A DNA stretch of 64,000 bases from Bdellovibrionales bacterium (GTDB lineage: Bacteria; Bdellovibrionota; Bdellovibrionia; Bdellovibrionales; UBA1609), in assembly GCA_027317865.1 (NCBI GenBank), contig DAHVQG010000003.1, positions 96,001-160,000 of the forward strand, written 5' to 3'. Position 1 is the first letter of the stretch; each line of letters starts with the position of its first letter. The notes under the pieces are model-generated. The model saw only the letters and a list, made by a program, of their open reading frames with translations, was not told the DNA's origin and made no database searches. This document shows positions 57,591 to 64,000 of the stretch, piece by piece. A program made the position numbers and the translations under genes.

Positions 57591-59762
57591 ATGAGCATCC
57601 AAGAAAGCATTCGATTTTCGAAAAAAGATGATATTGGTTTGATTGAGCTCGATCTCATCGGCGAAAAGGTCAACAAACTTTCGTCAGCGGTCATGTTTCG
57701 CTTTCGCGAAGTCCTCGAAGAAGTGAAAAGCTCGGGAGTAAAAGTTTGCGTGATCATTTCACGCAAGCCAAAGATTTTTATCGCCGGAGCCGACATTGAA
57801 GAAATAAAAAATCTCACCAATAAAGAAGATTTTCGCGGGGCCATCAGCCAAGCACATACAATTTTTAATTTCCTTGAAGATATGCCGGTCGTTACGATTG
57901 CGGCGATCAACGGCGCCTGTCTCGGCGGCGGATGCGAAATGGCTCTCGCGTGCGATTACCGAATTGCTTCCGACGATAAAAGCACGCGTATTGGCTTGCC
58001 TGAAATTCAACTTGGGATCATTCCGGGTTTTGGCGGATGCGTGCGTTTACCCCGTGTCGTGGGCCTGCAAGCGGCGCTCGATATAGTTTTGGCGGGCAAG
58101 TCTGTTGATTCGCGCAAAGCGCTGAAGATCGGTCTTATCGATGAATCGGTTCCAACTGCGATTCTTGAAGCGCGGGCAATGGCATTCGCACGTGATCTGA
58201 TAAAAGGCGGCGGCAAAAGCGGGGGTAAGGGGTTGCGCAAGCGCGCCAAAAGATTTTCTCCCAAAGGTGCCGTGGCCAAATTTTTAGAATCTCCAGTCGG
58301 ACGAATCGTCGTCTTTTCACAAGCCAAAAAAATGGTGCTTAAACAAACCAAAGGTTTTTACCCCGCTCCGCTTAAAGCGCTTGAAGTCATTCGACGCACT
58401 TACGGCTCGTCAAACCGCGAACGTGCGCTCGAGATCGAGATGCAAGGTTTTCTCGAAGTCGGCGTAACAGATGTCAGTAAAAATTTGATTAATCTCTTTT
58501 TCATGACCGAAATGGTTAAAAAGCAAACCGGCGTCAATGATCCTAATATCAAAGGGCATGAAGTTGAGCATTTGGCAGTTCTTGGCGCGGGAGTTATGGG
58601 CGGCGGGATTGGTTTTGTCGCGGCCGACAAAGGCATTATTGTGCGAATGCGCGACATTTCAAATGACGGTATTGCGCTGGGTTTAAGATCGGCGGATGCA
58701 TTATGGCAAAAGGCACTTAAGAAAAGGAAGATCGACAATTATGAGTATAAGCGTCGATCATCGCATCTAACTGGGGGCACGGACTACGCCGGTTTTCATC
58801 TTGCTGACGTGGTCGTCGAAGCTATTGTTGAAGACATGAATATCAAAAAGAAAGCCATTGCCGAAGTTGCGGCAATTTGCCGGCCAGATTGCATCATCGC
58901 CACAAACACCTCGTCGCTCAGCGTGACGGAAATGGCGAAAGCTCACCCGAATCCAAAAAACTTCTTGGGTATGCACTTTTTCAACCCCGTAAATATGATG
59001 CCGCTTGTAGAAGTGATTCGCGGGCCTGAAACAAGTGATAATGCTGTTGCCACCATTTTCGGTTTAGCGAAAAAAATGGGTAAAACGCCGGTCGTGGTTA
59101 AAGACGGCCCGGGATTTCTGGTCAATCGACTTCTACTGCCCTATATGGGCGAAGCCCTGTTTTTACTTGAAAACGGAATGTCCGTCGAAACGCTCGATCG
59201 CTATTACACGCACACCTTCGGGATGCCTATGGGCCCGTGCCGTTTAATGGATGAAGTCGGACTTGACGTTGGCATGAAAGTTCTCAAAATTTTTCGCGAG
59301 TCGCTCGGTGAGCGCATCGAAGTATCCGAGATATCTAAAAAACTTACCGCTACAGGCAGGCTTGGAAAGAAAAACGGTCGCGGCTTTTATTTGTACGACG
59401 ACAAAGGTAAACAGTTGGCCGCCGATCAAACAATCTACAAAGAATTGGGGTTGTCGTCTCCGACGGATTCGCTCGACGAAAAGGAATGTATAGAACGTCC
59501 CATGTTTGCGATGGTCAACGAAGCCGCGCAGGCGCTTCTCGGCGATCATATTGTGAACACTCCAGCCGAAGTGGATTTGGCCATGATCATGGGCACGGGT
59601 TTTCCGCCTTTTCGCGGTGGGCTTTTGAGATGGGCGGATACTCTTGGCACTGAGAAAATTGTGTCGGAACTTGAAATATATGCGGCGAAATACGGCCGCC
59701 GATTCAAGCCATTGCAACCGCTCGTGAACCTAGCGAATTCAAAACGCGGGTTTTATCAGTAA
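57591..59762 (+). CDS. fadJ: Fatty acid oxidation complex alpha subunit (enoyl-CoA hydratase / 3-hydroxyacyl-CoA dehydrogenase)
   Basis: FIAGADI, GGGCE, LPEIQLG, GAGVMGGGI, TNTSSL, GMHFFNP and GFPPFRGG motifs. Confidence 0.9.
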   Translation: MSIQESIRFSKKDDIGLIELDLIGEKVNKLSSAVMFRFREVLEEVKSSGVKVCVIISRKPKIFIAGADIEEIKNLTNKEDFRGAISQAHTIFNFLEDMPVVTIAAINGACLGGGCEMALACDYRIASDDKSTRIGLPEIQLGIIPGFGGCVRLPRVVGLQAALDIVLAGKSVDSRKALKIGLIDESVPTAILEARAMAFARDLIKGGGKSGGKGLRKRAKRFSPKGAVAKFLESPVGRIVVFSQAKKMVLKQTKGFYPAPLKALEVIRRTYGSSNRERALEIEMQGFLEVGVTDVSKNLINLFFMTEMVKKQTGVNDPNIKGHEVEHLAVLGAGVMGGGIGFVAADKGIIVRMRDISNDGIALGLRSADALWQKALKKRKIDNYEYKRRSSHLTGGTDYAGFHLADVVVEAIVEDMNIKKKAIAEVAAICRPDCIIATNTSSLSVTEMAKAHPNPKNFLGMHFFNPVNMMPLVEVIRGPETSDNAVATIFGLAKKMGKTPVVVKDGPGFLVNRLLLPYMGEALFLLENGMSVETLDRYYTHTFGMPMGPCRLMDEVGLDVGMKVLKIFRESLGERIEVSEISKKLTATGRLGKKNGRGFYLYDDKGKQLAADQTIYKELGLSSPTDSLDEKECIERPMFAMVNEAAQALLGDHIVNTPAEVDLAMIMGTGFPPFRGGLLRWADTLGTEKIVSELEIYAAKYGRRFKPLQPLVNLANSKRGFYQ

Positions 59763-59822
59763 CCTGGCACGGTTTGCATATTGAAGTTCCTAGCGAAGAT
59801 CTATTTCGATAGGAGCCCGTTT

Positions 59823-60572
59823 ATGACCAGCCAACTGAATCGTCTGGTGACATTTTCTGCATTTATGGCCATTTGTTTTACGGTATCAATCGTGAACGCG
59901 GAACCGGCATGTAATCCATCGACTAATGTAGTGACGAACGCCGTCGATTCACAAATGCAAGTGCCGTCCGAAGATACCACTGTTGAAGAGCCGGGTAATT
60001 TTCATGTGATTGTTCCGGGGCGGGTGTATCGTGGAGCACGACCGACGTCAAAAGCTCAAGTGGAGTGGTTGCACAAAATCGGCGTGAAAACCATTATCGA
60101 TTTGCAAGGTCATGACCCGAAGGCATTTTGGGTTTCGGAACACGGTGAACTTCCGTTTGCGCGGCTTCGCGAGGCGAAATGGGCGCTTTTAAATCATATT
60201 CTGTGGTTCAACGAGCCAATGGATTCGGTCGCGCCGGTTTTGTGTCACGAGGCACGCGAGATCAAACAGATCCTCAATATCATACGTGACCCCAAATACC
60301 AGCCGGTCTATTTTCACTGTGAACATGGCAAGGATCGCACCGGTTTAATTGCCGCGCTATACGAAGTGTTTTATGAAAGACCAGCTTTGTCACCGCACGC
60401 AGCTTTTCAACAAATGCTAAAAGATGGACACTTTGATCACGGACCGTGGCGCAACATGGATCGCTATTTTCGACTTGCGACCACCCCGCCAATGAGCTTA
60501 GACAAGCGTGACAATTATATGTGTGGAAGTTCCGGCGACTTTATTCCATTACAATTACGACTAACTCGATAA
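59823..60572 (+). CDS. Secreted protein-tyrosine/dual-specificity phosphatase family protein
   Basis: AGGAG RBS, signal peptide, YRGARP, KTIIDL and CX5R loop HCEHGKDRTG. Confidence 0.88.
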   Translation: MTSQLNRLVTFSAFMAICFTVSIVNAEPACNPSTNVVTNAVDSQMQVPSEDTTVEEPGNFHVIVPGRVYRGARPTSKAQVEWLHKIGVKTIIDLQGHDPKAFWVSEHGELPFARLREAKWALLNHILWFNEPMDSVAPVLCHEAREIKQILNIIRDPKYQPVYFHCEHGKDRTGLIAALYEVFYERPALSPHAAFQQMLKDGHFDHGPWRNMDRYFRLATTPPMSLDKRDNYMCGSSGDFIPLQLRLTR

Positions 60573-60675
60573 TTTTTTCGCTAGACTCGTCGCAATTCGC
60601 ATTTGGCCAAATTCAACTTGGCTTACTTAAAGTGTTTGAGTAACTCTTGTTCAACATTGGGGCCGGGGGGCAACC

Positions 60676-61413
60676 ATGAAAAACAAGATGAAGTATAGGA
60701 TGTTATTGGCGCTAAAATTCTGCGCTTTTGCGGCAATTAGTTTGTGTTTCAATTTAGCAGTTCAGGCGCAGCCATCTGCCGTTGTGGCGCCAGGTAACTT
60801 TCACGTTGTTGTATCACACAGAATCTATCGTGGTGCGCGCCCAATGACTGAAGGTGAAGTGAAGTGGTTAAGCAATTTAGGAGTGAAAACGATCATCGAT
60901 TTGCAGGGCGGTGATCCAAAAGCATTTTGGGTTTTTGAAGACGGCGAATGGCCGGCACAACGAAATTTGGAACATTTATGGGCGCACGAAAACCACGTTC
61001 ACTGGCTTAATTATCCGCTCGATTCCGCACCAGCTCTCGGCGTGCAAAGCAAAGAAGCCGAAGAAATCAATAAGGTGCTCGATGTTATGCGAAATCCCGC
61101 GTACCAACCGGTTTTCGTTCACTGCGAACATGGTAAAGACCGCACCGGTTTAGTCGTGGCGCTCTATCAAGTTTTTTACGAAAAGCCACCAATGACTCCA
61201 ACCGCAGCATATCGGGAAATGTACGCCGATGGCCATAGCCCGCTATTGCGAGCGATGGATGGATATTTTAACCTCGCGACGACGCCGCCAATGAGCTTAC
61301 ATAAGTGTGATCATTCGTGGTGTTGGGATCAGCTTGATCTGTATCTGCAAGATGTAAACGTACAAGACATAAACGTTCAAGAAATTGACCTGCAAAGTCT
61401 GTCTAAACATTAG
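60676..61413 (+). CDS. Secreted PTP/DSP family phosphatase, paralog of the upstream gene
   Basis: Signal peptide, YRGARP, KTIIDLQG, HCEHGKDRTG and a shared LATTPPMSL segment. Confidence 0.88.
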   Translation: MKNKMKYRMLLALKFCAFAAISLCFNLAVQAQPSAVVAPGNFHVVVSHRIYRGARPMTEGEVKWLSNLGVKTIIDLQGGDPKAFWVFEDGEWPAQRNLEHLWAHENHVHWLNYPLDSAPALGVQSKEAEEINKVLDVMRNPAYQPVFVHCEHGKDRTGLVVALYQVFYEKPPMTPTAAYREMYADGHSPLLRAMDGYFNLATTPPMSLHKCDHSWCWDQLDLYLQDVNVQDINVQEIDLQSLSKH

Positions 61414-61552
61414 ACACCTGCAAACGGGCTCGACGAATGCGAAAATGACTGACGGGCGTAAAACGAAATTCGGCACTTAAACCTCAAATGGTGCCAACGA
61501 CACCTTCAACTAAAATATATTCGATTTAGCCGTATCAAAGCGAGATGCGAGT

Positions 61553-61568
61553 TGGTCCGAAGTTTGCG
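61553..61568 (+). promoter_or_regulatory. Putative sigma54 promoter
   Basis: TGGTCCGAAGTTTGCG (GG-N10-GC), about 60 bp upstream of an ATG with a GAGGAG RBS. Confidence 0.5.
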
Positions 61569-61629
61569 TATTAGCTAGGTAAGGGCGCGTGTTGAAGTCA
61601 GAGCTTCTACATGTGCGAGGAGAAAATTT

Positions 61630-62319
61630 ATGAAAACAATCAATCGGTTCCATATAAACAGCCAATACGCAAAAAAGGCTTTAGGGCTTCTCGTTGCCGT
61701 GATGGCGATCATGGCTCTTGGCGCTTGTTCGAAAACAACGAGCCCTTCACTTAACAGTCGATTTGGTTACCGAACTCCTTACAATCCGAATAATTTTAAC
61801 GGTGGCAACTACATGAACCAATCTTCCGGGTTAGGTTGTATTTCTGCTCCAAGCGGTCAGTCGCTCTATAACATTTTGGCTCAAGAATTTATGCCCGGCC
61901 AAAACAGTCTTGGCAATGTGAACGACAGTTGCGGAATTTGGCTTGCTGGCTCAATCGCTTCGAGCAGCGCGAGCGGTGAAATTGAAATGGTTGTACAAGA
62001 TCAGGAATGCGTCAGCTCCGGCGAAAATAGCTGTTACGTTCTGCCGTTTAACGTTGTTCAAAGTGGTACGGTTGAGAATCAATCGGTGACGACCCAAATC
62101 GGCAATCCGCAACAACAAGGCAGCGGCGCAAATGTCGTGGTTCAAGACGGCGACGGCGTGGTGTATTTTCAGGGAACTTATCAATATGGGCAATTAAACA
62201 ACGGTCAACAAGCTCCGTTCTGGGAAGGCCAAGTTTACTTTCAAAATAATCAAAGTGTAGGCGGAGCTGCAGGCAATCTTGGGACCTTTCAAATTCCGAT
62301 TGAATATATTCTTCATTGA
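61630..62319 (+). CDS. Lipoprotein, Gln/Asn/Gly-rich, beta-rich
   Basis: Lipobox LGAC; four Cys in the mature part; GAGGAG RBS. Confidence 0.82.
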   Translation: MKTINRFHINSQYAKKALGLLVAVMAIMALGACSKTTSPSLNSRFGYRTPYNPNNFNGGNYMNQSSGLGCISAPSGQSLYNILAQEFMPGQNSLGNVNDSCGIWLAGSIASSSASGEIEMVVQDQECVSSGENSCYVLPFNVVQSGTVENQSVTTQIGNPQQQGSGANVVVQDGDGVVYFQGTYQYGQLNNGQQAPFWEGQVYFQNNQSVGGAAGNLGTFQIPIEYILH

Positions 62320-62369
62320 GGACGCGAAATCCGCGTGGCGGAGTTTCACTCGACGACAAAAGGTGAGTT

Positions 62370-62816
62370 ATGAAAGCAAGTGGAATTAAAGAAAAGACAA
62401 GAATAACGACAATAGCAATTGCACTTGTGCTCGGGTTATCAATTCAGGTTTCGCAAAAAGCATGGGCAATGGGCGATATGAGTGAGCTTGATCGCGTTGA
62501 AAGTTGCGCACAATTGCGAGATGTCGCAAATCAACTCGTCGCCGTCGTGCCGAAAAATTTGGCCAGTTATCACCGGCTCGAAAGATTGAACCCGCGTCAG
62601 TACCCTCCCGGAGTGATTCGTATGGCAAAACTTCAGGCGCTTGAGTGGATACGCAATCATCGAAATTTGGCGCAGAACCAAGAAGAAGATCTCATTCACA
62701 ATTGCGATATCGAAACAAGTGCGCGCGCAATTCGCGGGCTTGAACGAACATTTGACGAACTCAATGTACAGTTAGCGATGGCCCAAATTCATAGCGCTCC
62801 GGCTTTTTGGCATTGA
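62370..62816 (+). CDS. Small secreted hypothetical protein
   Basis: Signal peptide ending AWA; helical; two Cys. Confidence 0.72.
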   Translation: MKASGIKEKTRITTIAIALVLGLSIQVSQKAWAMGDMSELDRVESCAQLRDVANQLVAVVPKNLASYHRLERLNPRQYPPGVIRMAKLQALEWIRNHRNLAQNQEEDLIHNCDIETSARAIRGLERTFDELNVQLAMAQIHSAPAFWH

Positions 62817-62920
62817 TAAAATAAAGGTCGTAAAATGAAATGCGCTATTTTTGTCACTTAAATGGTAGCGATTTCACTGTTCTTGCCGAGCCGTATACAT
62901 CGATTTTTATAGCTGCTATA

Positions 62921-63652
62921 ATGCCCTTCACCATGTACAAATTGATGGCGCTTGCCTTTGCACTCTTTTTGTCTTCCGTGTCGTTTTCGGTTTCGCATGC
63001 CGATTCTTGGGGATGGTCGCGCAAAGAAACACAAATCAAAGATGCACTTCATTTCATAGCGCCAAAACAAGATCCCGCAATCGATTTGTTGGCCAAGAAA
63101 TGGACAGAATTTAGAAAGCAACGTCTCGAAGGCCGGGAATCGAGGGCGCTACCGAAAAATCTCGATATTTACTACATTGAGGGGCCGGACTCGTCGCCAA
63201 AAGCGGAACTTGCCGAAAAATTCGCCTCGGAACTTGCTCCCGATCAAATGCCTTTTTCAATTAACGGCGCAAATTTTACTTCGGCGTGGGGTTTTTCAAA
63301 CCTCCGATCCGCACTTCAGCGGTGGGCCAATCGGGGAGTTCGCGACTCGATCAATTCCAGTCAAATCACTTCAAACTCGGGCGTTGTCATCATTTTGTCA
63401 CCTGGCAAAATTAATTCGGCGGTCTATCCGCTCTTAATGGCCGCTATTCGCCGAATTCGAGACGTTGCCGTTGTCATGGTCAGTTCACAACTCCCGCCAG
63501 AAAACATCGCATTTGACGCTCACGCTGCCAATCGCAAAGGCATAGCCGATAATTTTGCGATTGTTCAGTTGAAGCCCGAAGTCGAATGGATGTTAAAGAG
63601 GCGCACGTCGACAGAAATCAAATTGCCAACGTGTGAGGGCACTCTCGAGTGA
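62921..63652 (+). CDS. Secreted hypothetical protein with a degenerate P-loop-like segment
   Basis: Signal peptide ending SHA; IYYIEGPDSSPKAELA; C-terminal TCEGTLE. Start uncertain (62921 or 62933). Confidence 0.7.
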   Translation: MPFTMYKLMALAFALFLSSVSFSVSHADSWGWSRKETQIKDALHFIAPKQDPAIDLLAKKWTEFRKQRLEGRESRALPKNLDIYYIEGPDSSPKAELAEKFASELAPDQMPFSINGANFTSAWGFSNLRSALQRWANRGVRDSINSSQITSNSGVVIILSPGKINSAVYPLLMAAIRRIRDVAVVMVSSQLPPENIAFDAHAANRKGIADNFAIVQLKPEVEWMLKRRTSTEIKLPTCEGTLE

Positions 63653-64000
63653 AAGAATTGTCGGGTGTCGCGAAGATTTCGTGTGCCGTTTCGCGTGTGA
63701 GTTCGTGGGCCATGATTTTAGTCGCGGTCGCCATTTCGATGACGGCATCGGGCTTTTTAATGGCGCAACCTCGAATACAGCGATCACGCCGGTTGCGCCA
63801 AGTGGGTCAACAATTAAACCGCCAATTCATCCCCGGCATCGATCTCGATTCATGGACAAACGTTCTTGTTCATCCGTCAGGAACAGAATCGCCGACGAGC
63901 TTTTCGTTGCCAACCGAAGGTCAAATTTTGCTCGACAAGCGTGAACCACGGGCGATTTTTGCCGACTTGCTGGCGCGGCTTAAGAAAATCAAATTAATCG
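63649..64000 (+). CDS. 5' part of a membrane or secreted hypothetical protein running off the window
   Basis: GTG overlaps the upstream stop (GTGA). The frame stays open to the window end: MKELSG...WAMILVAVAISMTASGFLMAQ... It is not in the supplied ORF track. Confidence 0.55.
   Translation, partial: MKELSGVAKISCAVSRVSSWAMILVAVAISMTASGFLMAQPRIQRSRRLRQVGQQLNRQFIPGIDLDSWTNVLVHPSGTESPTSFSLPTEGQILLDKREPRAIFADLLARLKKIKLI

Noticed and set aside
59765-59778. TGGCACGGTTTGCA, a sigma54-like motif upstream of the first phosphatase
   Set aside because: GG-to-GC spacing is 8 rather than the required 10.
63593-63944. Listed ORFs 63593..63787 (minus) and 63633..63944 (plus)
   Set aside because: A different plus frame starting at GTG 63649 is coupled to the upstream stop, stays open to the window end and is more protein-like.

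Overview
This is a gene-dense bacterial chromosomal window with no visible rRNA, tRNA, CRISPR array, integrase or IS element. The gene content suggests a Bdellovibrionota-like (predatory) organism, but that placement is an inference. The supporting genes are a TIGR04552-type protein, IcmF, hybrid MaeB, an HDOD/response-regulator module and many sigma54-preceded secreted hypothetical proteins. The housekeeping backbone comprises: a heme operon with an embedded two-component system (hemL end-HK-RR-hemE-hemY-hemH), arfB, a cystathionine beta-synthase-like gene, rimK, RNase HI, plsC, icmF, slt, htpX, clpA/clpS, peptidoglycan recycling genes (ldcA, ampD-like, mpl), mutS, glnD, maeB and a thiolase/FadJ pair. 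Genes for secreted or lipoprotein hypotheticals are interspersed through it. The best candidate for an undescribed system is 12.6-19.8 kb. It is a sigma54-preceded four-gene operon whose products all carry export-like N-termini: a lipoprotein with two hydrophobic segments, a helical protein with a hydrophobic hairpin, a triple-repeat protein, and a dynamin-like GTPase with a signal peptide. A divergent duplicated-domain secreted gene lies next to it. Other notable signals are a recurring terminal Cys-x3-Leu motif in unrelated secreted proteins, a secreted degenerate P-loop protein, a secreted protein with a Pro/Arg-rich tail resembling Bac5, tandem secreted phosphatases, and a frameshifted DUF2007-like remnant. 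All family calls are from motif reading only; no searches were run.
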